A DNA stretch of 63,958 nt, filler included, from Octopus bimaculoides (GCF_001194135.2; 6 parts of 6 records of this genome joined end to end with filler, not necessarily neighbours in it), one strand, 5' to 3'. Numbered from the whole stretch's first letter, positions 14,515 to 27,883 are shown. Notes: a model not told the origin generated them from the sequence alone. A program made the numbers and translations.

Positions 14515-15154
14515 CTTGCAAAGCATGTCGCGTGGCAGTATTTTGTAAGTGCATTGACGGATGTTGTTGCAGCTGTTGTTGTTGGTGGTGGTGTTGCTGC
14601 TGCTGCTGCTGCTGTTGTTGTTGTTGTTGTTGCTGCTGCAGAGCTTTGCCCGGAAGTATTCCGTACGTAACAGACTTGTTACTCGAGTTCTCTAGCATCT
14701 CGGCAATGTTGTGCAGCTCGTGCATTTTCGTCATCAGTTTACTGATTCGATCCTCGTAAGTTCGCAGCACACGCTGATGTTCCCCTTTCATCCGGTTCAT
14801 CTCCTCCATCAGTTGCTTTTCGTTGTCCGAATACGAAGAACAGGGATCAGCGCAACCCCAGTTTTTCATCCCACTTTGACTTTGGTTACCGTTCATAACA
14901 CCTTCGAAACAGCTGTTACTGATATTTCTGTTGTTATTGTTGTGGTCGTTGTTTTTATTGTGGTGGAGATGGTGCGGATGGTGGGGATGGTTTGTAAAAG
15001 CAGTGGTGGTGGTGGTTGTTGTGGTGGCAGTAGTAGTGGTGGTGGTAGCATTTGTGTTAGCGATCGTGGTGTTAGTATGAATGCTGTTGTTATTGCAAAT
15101 GTTATGTTTTTTGTAAGCCGTTAACTCACAATCGTCTACACAAGCACGGAATAC
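14515..15154 (-). CDS. Internal exon of the DEP-domain gene (640 nt, phase 0 to 1): Thr/His/Asn-rich stretch, coiled coil (about 14687-14821), poly-Q
   Basis: Acceptor tttatttgtttcag|GTA and consensus donor CAAG|gtgagt. 213 open codons including EKQLMEEMNRMKGEHQRVLRTYEDRISKLMTKMHELHNIAEMLEN and a Q14-H3-Q4 run. Confidence 0.85.
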
Positions 15155-15211
15155 CTGAAACAAATAAATAAATAAATAAATAAACAAACAAACAGAACAA
15201 CAACAACAACA

Positions 15212-15246
<35 letters not shown>

Positions 15247-15247
<1 letters not shown>

Positions 15248-15460
15248 CCTTTCTACTGAAGGCACGAGGCCTGAAATTTGGGGGAGGGGTATAGTTGATT
15301 GCATCGACCCCAGTACGCAACTGGTACTTAATTTATCGACCCCGAAAGGATGAAAGGCAAAGTCGACCTCGGCGGAATTTGAACTTAGATCTTAAAGACG
15401 AACGAAATACCGCTAAGCATTTCATCCGGCATGCTAACGATTCTGCCAGCTCGCCGCCTT
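15247..15460 (-). mobile_element. SINE family A copy, intronic in the DEP gene
   Basis: Reverse complement of the 1524 element, with an (AAT)n tail. Confidence 0.8.
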
Positions 15461-15842
15461 TTCATGGTTTCTGATCTTAACTGACCGGAAGTGTTATCAT
15501 CTACGTTGTTTTGTCTTGGTATAAAAGGTGGACTACAGCAAATATTCTTCGCAATACCACAGACTTGCTTGTCAGTTGTTTGACCTTAACCAGTTGAGCA
15601 TGTCCCTTGGTGGCTGACGATATTCAACACCCAAAAGGTCCGGTCTAAAAGTAGAAACGATGGAACTGATCCTCGCTGCACAAGATGTGTGTGTACCCCT
15701 CTCACTCATCCCTCTCTTGTCATCCCTTTTTCTCTCTCACACAACTCCATATAGTACAGCCTCAAGTATTTCTGTTTCACAACACTTCATACATCTAGAG
15801 ATGTGGTGCAAAACTACAAACAATATAGAAGAAGCAACAGAC

Positions 15843-16108
15843 CTGCGTCTCCAAATTTTTTGGCATTTCTTGCGGGATTTTCATTGGTGTGCGATAATCC
15901 AATGGAAATAAATGTTTCTCGGATAAATATTTGTCTGTTTTAACACCGCTGTCCATTTTAATAGAATTTGTAGTGCAACGGTCTTTGAGTTTCGCTCTTA
16001 AAGGAGAATGAGCTGTGTGTGTTGCTTTCAGCTTAGTCGAATGTTGTATATCTTTGGTTTGCTGTACGGAAATACTTTTTGGATTAGACAGAATATTCGA
16101 TGGAAAAC
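15843..16108 (-). CDS. Internal exon of the DEP-domain gene (266 nt, phase 1 to 0)
   Basis: Acceptor ttttattcaatcatcaag|GT and donor ACGCAG|gtctgt. Open frame (G)FPSNILSNPKS...MPKNLETQ. It is exactly the phase bridge needed between the 16594 and 15154 exons. Confidence 0.75.
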
Positions 16109-16512
16109 CTTGATGATTGAATAAAAGAAGGATTTTTTTCAAAATAAACAAAAAAATAGACAATTCGGAAAGATTAAAATACGAAAGGAATAACATTGAT
16201 GGGTTTGTTGTTTATTTCTCTTTAGTTTATCTTTTGTTGTTGTGTGAAGGCGCATGGTCTAGTGGTTGCACTTACCACCGCAAGATCGTGGTACGAGACT
16301 AGAAAAGATGACATAAAAATCTATTTGAGCAACTTGACACAAGTTAAAGTTCCAGTAGGTATCGCCGAACTTTTGGCAAAATTTGATGTATATATATATA
16401 TATACATCTATACATGCATACACGCATATACATACATATGTAGTGCATGTATATTTATACAGACACGTATATATGCAGGTGTGTGTGCGTGTGTTAATGT
16501 GCGTGCGTGCGT

Positions 16513-16552
<40 letters not shown>

Positions 16553-16593
16553 CTAAGAGAATTGTAAATATTTTAAAGAAATTTTTGTTTTAC

Positions 16594-17131
16594 CTGAATA
16601 TGCTCTGGTATTTGGGTTTCCACAGCTATCAGTGGGTGAATTCGAACTTGTAACTCCTCCAATACTTAGTAATTTATTCCGAACGTCTTCGAGGAACTGA
16701 GCGTTAGCGTTCATTCGATTGTCTGAAGGGGTCTGCTGCAGCTTTGTGCAATATTGATTGTCTGTGTTTTGAGACGTTGTCGACCGAGAAAAAACTGGAA
16801 GATTTTTAGTCATCCCTTTATTAAACCGAGCTCGAGATCTACACTGGAAACACACTGAACATCCACGGCAATTCCGATTTGTGTTGGAGACCCGTTCAAT
16901 ATCATCACCATTATGCCAGGTATAAAGCTGCACTGAATCTTCAAAGTTACTGGCACCGAAAATGCTCCTGACGAGGCCCAGCCTAAAAAGACGACGTGCA
17001 AAATCTAACGCAATTGAACGCGTGGGAAAGCGTTTATCGCTGATATCTACAAGAGCAGACACTAACGTTGACCCTTTGAATATTTTGGATTTATTTTCAA
17101 TTTCCTTTGAAGGGGAACTCGGCGAAAAAGC
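16594..17131 (-). CDS. Internal exon of a DEP-domain protein gene (538 nt, phase 0 to 1); DEP core about 16916-17080
   Basis: Acceptor catgtttttcag|GCT and donor TCAG|gtaaaa. The translation contains FKGSTLVSALVDISDKRFPTRSIALDFARRLFRLGLVRSIFGASNFEDSVQLYTW, which follows the DEP pattern F-x-G-x-x-L-V...R-x-x-A...L...G-hydrophobic...F-x-D...L-Y. Phase matches the next exon. Confidence 0.85.
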
Positions 17132-17385
17132 CTGAAAAACATGCAGGAAATAACAATGAGTGTAAGGGTAAAACAATTTGGAGCTTCGGTAAATTTTGAT
17201 AACAATTTTCCACATTGTGGCAGAAAGCTAGAAATATGGCGTTGAGAAGGAGTAGAGGACAAAATCAACACTAGCACTTGAATCGTTCTTTATCTTATTA
17301 AGGACAGAACGATAAAAATGTAAGCTCACTTAAGTAGGATTTGAAATTCAAATGAACCGATAATGGTTATTTCACAAATAATCAT

Positions 17386-17602
17386 TACGAATGGGTGCTG
17401 AAAAGTTCCTGGTTTTGGGTAAAAGAAAATACAGGAGGATCGCTTAGTTATGATTTTATTCAGCATATTCCCCCTCTCAGGTTCACACACTTATTGCAAC
17501 AGTCGTTCAGTTTTTCTAAGCCCTGTAAAAGAACTCGGAAGGTTGGGCCTCCAGCCAGGCCTTTCGCGATACTTTTAAAGCCAGGAACTTTTCAGCACCG
17601 TA
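17386..17602 (+). mobile_element. Tc1/mariner-type MITE
   Basis: Terminal inverted repeats share GGTGCTGAAAAGTTCCTGG, with TA at both ends. About 215 bp, non-coding. Confidence 0.75.
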
Positions 17603-18343
17603 TTACTTCGTTATATATAATATATAACGAAGTGTTATTTATTGTAATATATAATTATTTATCACAAGTATAATCCACTCGAAGGGATTCCATCTATCCA
17701 AATTAGCCATCACTCATCATTCTATCGTCACCATTTTTCCATATTGTCTTCGCTAATCTGTCATTTTATTATCACCCAAACATGAGATAATATATTGCCC
17801 AACGTCACCCAGATGACTACCCGGGGCTTTGCTTAAGGGTATTTGCCTAGGATGCTAGGCAGAGGGATCGAAGTAGACGTCTTGCCTAAGATCTGAACTT
17901 CATAACTGCACGGCATGTGCAGGCTCATATACATACACACTCACATATATACATATACATTCGCAGGTGTATATGCATACATACACAAAACACTTACAAT
18001 GACATGCAAACGAGAACTCAAACTCAAAGACAAGCACACAAATACACAGATACACGAATTCGCTGACAGACTCTCTCACACACACATACACACACACACA
18101 TACACACACACACATACACACACACACATACACACACACACACACACATACACACACACACACACATGCACTCACACTGACACATGCACTCGCGCACGCC
18201 TACAACATCATTAACTCGTCATTTCTGACGCCAGTCGACTATGGATGTGCAATTAATTGCTGCTCCAAACGAGAAAGTTAATCTGGTAATGCCTTGATCC
18301 CGACACAACGTAAGCACACTGATGGTTGCTAGGAGCCACTTAC

Positions 18344-18406
18344 GCCAGGGATTATAATACCAGAGGGATTGATCTCCCAGGAGAAGTTATATGTAGAAGT
18401 AAAACC
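18344..18406 (-). CDS. Probable upstream exon of the DEP gene (63 nt, phase 0 to 0), GFTSTYNFSWEINPSGIIIPG
   Basis: Acceptor ctgtatttag|GGT and consensus donor TGGC|gtaagt. Only this frame is open, and it joins in phase to 17131. INPSGIII sits where DEP domains often have a D/N-P-x-x-G-hydrophobic turn (inference). Confidence 0.6.
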
Positions 18407-18758
18407 CTAAATACAGATTGATTACTGGTGCATTAACTGTTTCAGAGCGATACTTCTTACTACACAGAGTCATCGTCATCGTTTCAACGTCCACGTCTCC
18501 ATGCTTGCATGGGTCAGACGAAATTTGTTGAGACATATTTACTAAGACCGGATGCCTTTCCTATCACCAACCCTTAGATGTTTTCAAGCAAGCAAATATT
18601 TCTCTGTGACTGGATATGTTTTCATAGAACATTGCAAGTGTGTGTGTATATATATATATATATACACACAGACACGCACACATACATACACATAGACGAC
18701 GAGCTTCTTTCAGTTTCCGTCTACCAAATCCACTCACAAGGCTTTGGTCGGCTCGAGG

Positions 18759-18827
<69 letters not shown>

Positions 18828-18988
18828 CGTGCATGTATAATATATATATGTATATATGCGTATGTACATATATATATACATATACAGATATATATATATA
18901 TATATATTCATATATATATATATACTATGTACATATATATATTTACATATGCATGTATACATACATATCTATGTGTGTGTTCGAGTGT

Positions 18989-19020
<32 letters not shown>

Positions 19021-19058
19021 TTGTGTGTATGTGTGTTTGTGTATGTGCGTGTGTGTGA

Positions 19059-19134
<76 letters not shown>

Positions 19135-19344
19135 GTGTGAGAGTGTGTGTGTGCGTGCGTGCGTAAACATACATACTCATGCACACATATGCGCGTAAAC
19201 AGCGATTAGAAAACCGAAAAAACAGTTCTCTTCGGAGGAAGTCCTTTGGAATCTTTTGCTCTGCGCCGAGTTGCAGACACTCCCTTTCCATTCTTGCGAT
19301 CAGAAATGCTCTAAAGCAGTGATTAGTCTTAGTCCACAAGAAAC

Positions 19345-19381
19345 CTGTAACCAACGACGCTTTTGTTCATTTATTCTTATA
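19345..19381 (-). CDS. Possible upstream mini-exon of the DEP gene (37 nt, phase 2 to 0), IRINEQKRRWLQ
   Basis: Strong U-rich acceptor ttgtttgtttattcag|T, weak donor TTACAG|gtttct. Phase-compatible with the 18406 exon. Confidence 0.35.
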
Positions 19382-20330
19382 CTGAATAAACAAACAAACA
19401 AACAAATAAACAAACATAAATAAATAAACATAAATAAATAAATAAATAAATGAATAAATAAATAATGGGTGTATGGAAGTGGCTGGCACTAAGCTAGGAT
19501 ACGGAGGCAATGGAGATTAAATGGTGAAACTAGCGAGGGTTTGTTTAGGCAACAACGGTGATAGGATACGCGGTGGGGGAATTATCTGAGTGTTGCTAAG
19601 TTCAGTTGCTATGAGGAACAGAAAGAAAAATCTTTACATTACTGATGTTCTTTTATTTTCCGATTGGTTTGGGGGTCAGTCAAATATGACCCCTTACTAG
19701 TGATTATGTAAATGAGGTGTTATCCTATAAACCAATGGTGGGTGTTTTATGTACGAACTGACGGTACCAAAATTCTTCATTGTTTTCGAAATAAACTGCA
19801 AGAAAGGAATGAATGAGATAATTAAGGATCTGAGGAACCCTGGGCGACACCTGTATCAATCGATTAAATCGATCCAGGGTTTAAGTGGGACGTTAATTTA
19901 CCGGACAAGCTGGCACTCGTTCGGTTACAACGACGAGGGTTCCAGTTGATCCGATCCACGGAGCAGTTTTCTCGTGAAAGTAACGTCTAAGTGGCTGAGC
20001 ACTCCAACCTTAACGTAGTTCTCAAAGAGATTCAGCGTGACACAGACTGCGACAAGGCTGACCCCTTTGAAATACAGGTACTCCTCATCTTTGCTAGGTG
20101 AGTGGACTGGAGCAATGTGAAATAAAATGTCTTGCTCAAGGACACAACACGTCGCCGGGAATTGAACTGACGACCTTGCGATGGTGGGCTGAATACCCTA
20201 ACCACTAAGCCACGCGCCTTCACAATTTATCGACCACAGAAGGATGAAAAAACAAAAGTAACCTCAGCCGATTTCGAACCCAGGACATAGAGGACCAAAA
20301 CTAAATGACCACGTGGTATGCTCTTTAAAC

Positions 20331-20878
20331 CAGTGATTCTCAACCATTTTTGTTTCTTGCCTGTGAATCGCCTCTGACTCCTATTTTACTTACTTGGACT
20401 CTCATAGCCATTCGATATTTTAAAAAATCTTATATTTTTATATTGGGTCATCCCATAAATAATGCAGGGTTTTGTTTATATTTCTTTTATTTTCGTTGTG
20501 TTGTTGCCTTTATTGAACTCATGAAGCAAAATATGCCGAATATACTCCTTTGTCATTTCCATTATAGCTTTGAAAAAATAACTGTTAAAATCGAACTGCA
20601 CTCTTCAAAACTTGCACTAAGAATAAGGACAAGGTAAAATTACTATCTACTTTATAGCAAGTTCATGCAGATAGTTTATCTCGTCCTCTCCGTCTCCTAG
20701 TTCATGCAATTGGGATGACCCAATAATTAAATATTAGGAATTATTTTTAAAGAATTGTCAAAATATTTTGTACATTGCAGAAATTATAACCAATTTATTT
20801 GCACATAGATTTTAACAACAAAATTTTCTATGGACCCCGTTCCCAAGGACCATATGAACCCCGATTGAAAAACCGTTG
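20331..20878 (+). mobile_element. hAT-like non-autonomous element (degenerate)
   Basis: Ends CAGTGATTCTCAACC and GATTGAAAAACCGTTG are imperfect inverted repeats of CAGTGGTTCTCAA type. Flanking 8-mers ctttaaac and ctcgaaag are partly similar. Confidence 0.5.
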
Positions 20879-21269
20879 CTCGAAAGCCTTCTGCCGACGT
20901 TCTTTCTCCATTAATCAAACATCTTCCCATTTTCACCTGACTTCAAAAAAGAAAAAGCAACGGAAAAGAAGCAAAGCAAATAATATCTTATTAGTTACTA
21001 AGAACAGCCTGTTTCCTCGCTATTTTTAAGTCGTAAAGGTAAGAAGCGTGTTAAATAAATCAGTCATGATAGAAGCACTTTTTTTTTGTTAAACCTTTCT
21101 TTCTCCAACTGTTTTCCCGCTTCAACGCGACCTACATATAAAAAAAAAGACGTTTATGCATTTATTTGTTTTTATTTCCTTTTTCTTTCTTTTTTGTTTC
21201 TGATAACGGTTTGCATTTTTTCTACTTCTCTGGTTAAAAGTCTTAATTCTATTATTTCATTGCCGCTTT

Positions 21270-21853
21270 CGTTTCTTCTTCTTCTTCTTCTTCTTCTTCT
21301 TCTTCTTCTTCTTCTTCTTCTTCTTCTTCTTCTTCTTCTTCTTCTTCTTCTTCTNNNNNNNNNNNNNNNNNNNNNNNNNNNNNNNNNNNNNNNNNNNNNN
21401 NNNNNNNNNNNNNNNNNNNNNNNNNNNNNNNNNNNNNNNNNNNNNNNNNNNNNNNNNNNNNNNNNNNNNNNNNNNNNNNNNNNNNNNNNNNNNNNNNNNN
21501 NNNNNNNNNNNNNNNNNNNNNNNNNNNNNNNNNNNNNNNNNNNNNNNNNNNNNNNNNNNNNNNNNNNNNNNNNNNNNNNNNNNNNNNNNNNNNNNNNNNN
21601 NNNNNNNNNNNNNNNNNNNNNNNNNNNNNNNNNNNNNNNNNNNNNNNNNNNNNNNNNNNNNNNNNNNNNNNNNNNNNNNNNNNNNNNNNNNNNNNNNNNN
21701 NNNNNNNNNNNNNNNNNNNNNNNNNNNNNNNNNNNNNNNNNNNNNNNNNNNNTCTTCTTCTTCTTCTTCTTCTTCTTCTTCTTCTTCTTCTTCTTCTTCT
21801 TCTTCTTCTTCTTCTTCTTCTTCTTCTTCTTCTTCTTCTTCTTCTTCTTCTTC
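21270..21853. repeat. Long (TTC)n microsatellite spanning a gap. Representative of dozens of (TA)n, (CA)n, (GA)n, (ATCT)n and (AAT)n tracts in the window
   Basis: Direct inspection. Most N gaps are flanked by such tracts. Confidence 0.95.
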
Positions 21854-22244
21854 TCTGTGGTTTCTATTTAATCATTCTTGTCTTTTTCTCCTGCCTGACT
21901 GTGTGATTAAGAAGCTTGCTTCCCAACCACATGGTTTGGGGTTCAGTGCCACACAGTGGCGACTTGGGCAAGTGTCTCCTATGACAGCCTCGGACCGACC
22001 TTAACGAGAAGATTTGTTGATAGACGAAAGCTAAAAGAACCCGTCGTATACATATAAATGTGTGTGTGCGCGCGCGAGCGTGTGTATGTGTGTGTTTGTT
22101 TGTCTTGTTTCAGTCATTTGACTGCGGCCATTCTGGGGTACCACCTTCAAGGGTTTTAGTCGAACAGACCGACTCCAAGACGTCTCTTCCGTTTTTTGAG
22201 TTTGGTACTTATTCTACCGATGTCTTTTGGAAGAGTTTCTGTTC

Positions 22245-22623
22245 TCCAGAGTGGAATCAAGGTCTTGAACCAAAGGGCCTTAGAGTTAATTTAGCAAAGA
22301 CCCAAATCCTACCAAGTAGGAATACACACATTTCACTGAGCCCTTCAGGGCGATGGACTTGCTCAATATGTAGAAAAGGTATTACTAGAAACTCCACATG
22401 TTGTACTACTAAGGAAGGCTTGACAAATATGAAGCCAGCATGCTCCTCTTGATGGGTAAAGTCAGTGTGCACACATGACAGAGTGTAAACGATTTAAGAG
22501 GAAAACTGGGTACAAGAGACATCAGATGTAATGTGAAAGAGAGAAGACTGCTCTGGTACGGTCATGCGATGTGTATGGATGAAGACATCTGCATACAGCA
22601 ATGCCGATCTCTAATTGTGGAGA

Positions 22624-22625
<2 letters not shown>
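22245..22625 (+). mobile_element. RTE-group LINE fragment
   Basis: WNQGLEPKGLRVNLAKTQIL...GRWTCSICRKG, then ERRLLWYGHAMCMDED, an RRLRW-x-GH-type thumb motif. Confidence 0.7.
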
Positions 22626-22661
<36 letters not shown>

Positions 22662-23676
22662 NNNNNNNNNNNNNNNNNNNNNNNNNNNNNNNNNNNNNNN
22701 NNNNNNNNNNNNNNNNNNNNNNNNNNNNNNNNNNNNNNNNNNNNNNNNNNNNNNNNNNNNNNNNNNNNNNNNNNNNNNNNNNNNNNNNNNNNNNNNNNNN
22801 NNNNNNNNNNNNNNNNNNNNNNNNNNNNNNNNNNNNNNNNNNNNNNNNNNNNNNNNNNNNNNNNNNNNNNNNNNNNNNNNNNNNNNNNNNNNNNNNNNNN
22901 NNNNNNNNNNNNNNNNNNNNNNNNNNNNNNNNNNNNNNNNNNNNNNNNNNNNNNNNNNNNNNNNNNNNNNNNNNNNNNNNNNNNNNNNNNNNNNNNNNNN
23001 NNNNNNNNNNNNNNNNNNNNNNNNNNNNNNNNNNNNNNNNNNNNNNNNNNNNNNNNNNNNNNNNNNNNNNNNNNNNNNNNNNNNNNNNNNNNNNNNNNNN
23101 NNNNNNNNNNNNNNNNNNNNNNNNNNNNNNNNNNNNNNNNNNNNNNNNNNNNNNNNNNNNNNNNNNNNNNNNNNCTGCACGTTAATTTCTCGCGCAAGCT
23201 GCTCTGTTGATCGGATCAACTGTTACACTCGTCGTTTTATGAGTGTATGTGTGTTTGCATTTATATGTGTGTGTATATGTAAGTAGATTGGTAGATAGGT
23301 ATATGTATGTATATACGTGTGTGCGTGTATGTATGTCTGGGCACATACGTGTATGTGTGTATGTATGTATGTATGTATCTATCTATTATTTATCTCTTTG
23401 TATGTATGTATGTATGTATGTATGTATGTATGTATGTATATATATATGTGTGTGTGTGTGTTTGTATGTATGTATACATGCATTTATGTATATGTATGTA
23501 TGCATATGTATGCTTGTATATCGTATGTGTTTCTCTCTCTCTCTCCCTGTCTGTCACTCTCCTCTCTGTCTCTCTCTCTCCCTGTCTGTCACTCTCCTCT
23601 CTCTCTCTCTCNNNNNNNNNNCTCTCTCTCCCTGTCTGTCACTCTCCTCTCTCTCTCTCTCTCTCCCTGTCTGTCA

Positions 23677-23710
<34 letters not shown>

Positions 23711-24589
23711 GGAATATATAACGTGTAAAGACAAAAGGAATTGAAAAGAAAGAATTTAACGAATGCATCAAGCGTACAATTGTGGAAACAAACATTTCTT
23801 TACAGTGATAGAATGCCGAGGAAATCTCTCTCTTTCTCATGCACATACACACACACAAAGAAACACACACACACACAAATACACACACACGCACACACAC
23901 AAAGAAACGCATACACACACGCGCGCAAAAGCAGACACATACACACACACAGCCATGCACACATACACACCTATGCACACACACGCGAAAAACAACAAAG
24001 AAGTAAATGAAATACCAAAGAAAGCAATGATTAGAAACAACAAACAAAAACAAACACAAAAACAGAAAACAAAACTAGAATTACGTCATTAAATCACGAT
24101 AAACAATTCTAATTAGTGAGTAAACATAAATAAATAAAAAAAACAATTAACGACAAAAACTACAAAAGGCATCCTCTGCACCAGAAATGCTATGGCTATA
24201 TGCACCCAACGAACTCCAGCATTTAGAACAATTGCGAGGTCATACAAACAGTGGCTATAGATTATAGGTTATAGATTATAGATTATATCACGTGAATGCC
24301 CAAACATGTTCACATTTGCCAGTATTGTGACATCGATTTCTGTGCAGAAAACACAATACAAATTTTTATGTTCCTTATTTTTTTGTTTGTTCGTTTCTTC
24401 TGTTTTTTTCATATTTTCTTGTTGCTTTTGTGTATTTTTTGACTTTATTATCCTTATTATTATTATTATTGTTGTTGTTGTTGTTGTTGTTGTTGTTTTT
24501 GTTCTTGTTATCATTATTATTATCATTATTATATGACATACATTTTGTGAAAGAATGGTACAGTTGGTTTTACATAGTTTGCTGGGAGT

Positions 24590-24629
<40 letters not shown>

Positions 24630-25481
24630 NNNNNNNNNNNNNNNNNNNNNNNNNNNNNNNNNNNNNNNNNNNNTTAATTAATTAANNNNNNNNNNNNNNN
24701 NNNNNNNNNNNNNNNNNNNNNNNNNNNNNAATAAATTTGTTAATGTCTAAATAACTCACGTTAATTTTGACCATGCGACATCAATACCACGTGAGGAAGA
24801 CGTTAAGAAATTTATCGGCCAGTGAGTTCAAAATCCCTCGCCCTAATGAATTCAATTCAGTGTGCATCATAAAAGGTTTTTTCATACTGAGCTACCCGGC
24901 AAAATTGTTAATTATTAATTTTATTACTAATTGACGATTCCCTGCCCTGCATATCTATCTATATATGTATATATATATATATATATATATACTCTTTTAC
25001 TCTTTTACTTGTTTCAGTCATTTGACTGCAGCCATGCTGGAGCACCAACTTTAGTCGACTTTTAGTTGACCCTAGGACTTATTCTCACATGTGAGGGTAG
25101 AGTGGTTTTATATGATTGCTCAAGAATACACAGATATAAAACAATTAGTGTCGTATACTCACGAGTGACTAATATGCATATTTTCACATACATTCTCATA
25201 CATACACACATAAATGTGTACACACACACACACACATATTTATACACACGCATATTCACATATATACATACGACACGCACATACATATATATACACACAT
25301 GTATACACACGCATATTCACAAATATTCATATGACACACATATATATATACACACGCATACACATGCATATTCACATATATACATATGACACATATACAC
25401 ACACACATGTATATATATGTATAGAGATCCCACATTCAGGAACAGTGTTTTGCCAACATGTCTTCATGGTTGCACGAAGTT

Positions 25482-25868
25482 GGAGTGGCTGTGTGGTAAG
25501 AAGCTTGCTTACCAACCACATGTTTCCGGGTTCAGTCCCACTGTGCGGCACCTTGGGCAAGTGTCTTCTACTATAGCCTCGGGTAGTCCAAAGCCTTGTG
25601 AGTGAATTTGGAAGACGGATACTGAAAGAAGCCCATCGTGTGTGTGTGTGTATGTGTGTTTCTGTCTCTGTGTTTGTCCCCTTCACCATCATCATTTCAC
25701 AACCAATGTTGGTGTGTTTACTTCCCTTAACTTAGCAGTTCAGCAAAAGTTACCATTAGGATAAGTACTAAGCTTACAAATAATAAGTCCTGGGGTCGAT
25801 TTGTTCGACTAAAAGTAGTGCTCTAGTATGGCCACAGTCAAATGACTGATACAAGTAAAAGAGTAAAA
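25482..25868 (+). mobile_element. SINE family B (GGAGTGGCTGTGTGGTAAG head), near full length. Other copies or parts at about 6433-6763(-), 18690-18760(-), 21895-22230(+), 25890-26280(+), 32577-32730(+), 33190-33402(+), 42005-42157(+), 48759-48918(+), 49335-49465(+), 63590-63830(-)
   Basis: tRNA-like head with GGGTTCAGTCCC, body GGCACCTTGGGCAAGTGTCTTCTACTATAGCC, internal (TG/TA)n and tail CAAATGACTGAAACAAGTAAAAGAG, repeated throughout the window. Confidence 0.8.
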
Positions 25869-27421
25869 GGATGTGTATATATGTATATAGGTGAAGGCAT
25901 AGCTATGTGGTTAAGAATCTTGCTTCGCAATCATTTAGTTTTGGGGTTCAGTCCTGCTTCATGGCACACAGCGCGAGTGCGTTCTACCATAGCTTACCAA
26001 ATTAACAGACGAATGCTTTGTCTGAATTTGGTGAATAGAAACTTTGTGGATTCTCATCTTATATAGGTTTGAGTGTGTGTATGTATGAACATGTGTGTGT
26101 GTGTATGTATGAACATGTGTGTGTGTGTCTTTGTATATGTCTCTCACCACTGCTTGACTACCAGTGTTGGTTTGTTTCTCTCCCTAAAACTCTGTGGTGT
26201 GGTAAAAGTGACCGGTAGAATAAGTACAGACTTGGAAAATAATCACTGAGGTCAATTTGTTCAGTTAAAATCTTTGAGGTGGTGCCCCAGAATATGGCTG
26301 CAGTTAGTGGAGCATGGTGCAGTCCATGAGATCATCAGCACCTACCAAACTATCGAACCGTGCCAGCATGGGAAAATGACATTAAATGGTATGATGATGA
26401 TGAGAGGGGATATATCTATATACATATATGTATATAGATATATATATATATTTATGAATTAAAACAGTAGGGTAAAAAATTGGATATTAATTAATATCAA
26501 TTTAATACCAGAGAACAAGCACATTAAAAGCATCAAGGAGATTCAGAAAAAATATCTGAGATCTCAAAGGATTATTGTGTATATATATATATATGTATGT
26601 ATATATATANNNNNNNNNNNNNNNNNNNNNNNNNNNNNNNNNNNNNNNNNNNNNNNNNNNNNNNNNNNNNNNNNNNNNNNNNNNNNNNNNNNNNNNNNNN
26701 NNNNNNNNNNNNNNNNNNNNNNNNNNNNNNNNNNNNNNNNNNNNNNNNNNNNNNNNNNNNNNNNNNNNNNNNNNNNNNNNNNNNNNNNNNNNNNNNNNNN
26801 NNNNNNNNNNNNNNNNNNNNNNNNNNNNNNNNNNNNNNNNNNNNNNNNNNNNNNNNNNNNNNNNNNNNNNNNNNNNNNNNNNNNNNNNNNNNNNNNNNNN
26901 NNNNNNNNNNNNNNNNNNNNNNNNNNNNNNNNNNNNNNNNNNNNNNNNNNNNNNNNNNNNNNNNNNNNNNNNNNNNNNNNNNNNNNNNNNNNNNNNNNNN
27001 NNNNNNNNNNNNNNNNNNNNNNNNNNNNNNNNNNNNNNNNNNNNNNNNNNNNNNNNNNNNNNNNNNNNNNNNNNNNNNNNNNNNNNNNNNNNNNNNNNNN
27101 NNNNNNNNNNNNNNNNNNNNNNNNNNNNNNNNNNNNNNNNNNNNNNNNNNNNNNNNNNNNNNNNNNNNNNNNNNNNNNNNNNNNNNNNNNNNNNNNNNNN
27201 NNNNNNNNNNNNNNNNNNNNNNNNNNNNNNNNNNNNNNNNNNNNNNNNNNNNNNNNNNNNNNNNNNNNNNNNNNNNNNNNNNNNNNNNNNNNNNNNNNNN
27301 NNNNNNNNNNNNNNNNNNNNNNNNNNNNNNNNNNNNNNNNNNNNNNNNNNNNNNNNNNNNNNNNNNNNNNNNNNNNNNNNNNNNNNNNNNNNNNNNNNNN
27401 NNNNNNNNNNNNNNNNNNNNN

Positions 27422-27740
27422 GAAATAGAGATAACTCGAATGTGGAATCTAAAAAGAGAAACACTTCCTATCATAGTAGGTGCCTTAGGTATAATAAAAA
27501 AATATTCAGACAAATACATAACAAAAACACCAGGACTTACAAATATATATAACATACAGAAAATTGCACTACTGGGTACTGCACACATTCTACGCAAAAC
27601 ACTTTCAATACAGTAAACATAAGAGCACCACAGCAAACCACAGCACATACCCAAGGCGCACAGAGCTGCGCTCGGTAGTGAAGTGAAAGCACGTTATAAA
27701 AATAAAACTACTGAATAATAATAATAATAATAATAATAAT
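27422..27740 (+). mobile_element. R4/Dong-like RLE retrotransposon 3' end (upstream part lost in the gap)
   Basis: EIEITRMWNLKRETLPIIVGALGIIKK...IQKIALLGTAHILRKTLSIQ* is the restriction-like endonuclease C-terminus. It is followed by a short 3' UTR and an (AAT)n tail. Confidence 0.85.
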
Positions 27741-27883
27741 GAGGGCTGTGAGCTGGCAGGATCGTTAACATGCCGGGCAAAATGCTTAGTGGCATTTTGT
27801 CTGCTATTATGTTCAGAGTTCTAATTCTGCCGAGGTCGACTATACTTTTCATCCATTCAGGGTCGATTAAATAAGTACCAGTT
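27741..27883 (+). mobile_element. SINE family A copy directly after the R4-like tail
   Basis: GTGAGCTGGCAGGATCGTTAACATGCCGGGC...GAGGTCGAC...TAAGTACCAGTT. Confidence 0.75.

Noticed and set aside
14308-15124. Plus-strand ORFs 14308-14670, 14496-14759 and 14711-15124
   Set aside because: They are antisense shadows of the minus-strand poly-Q exon.
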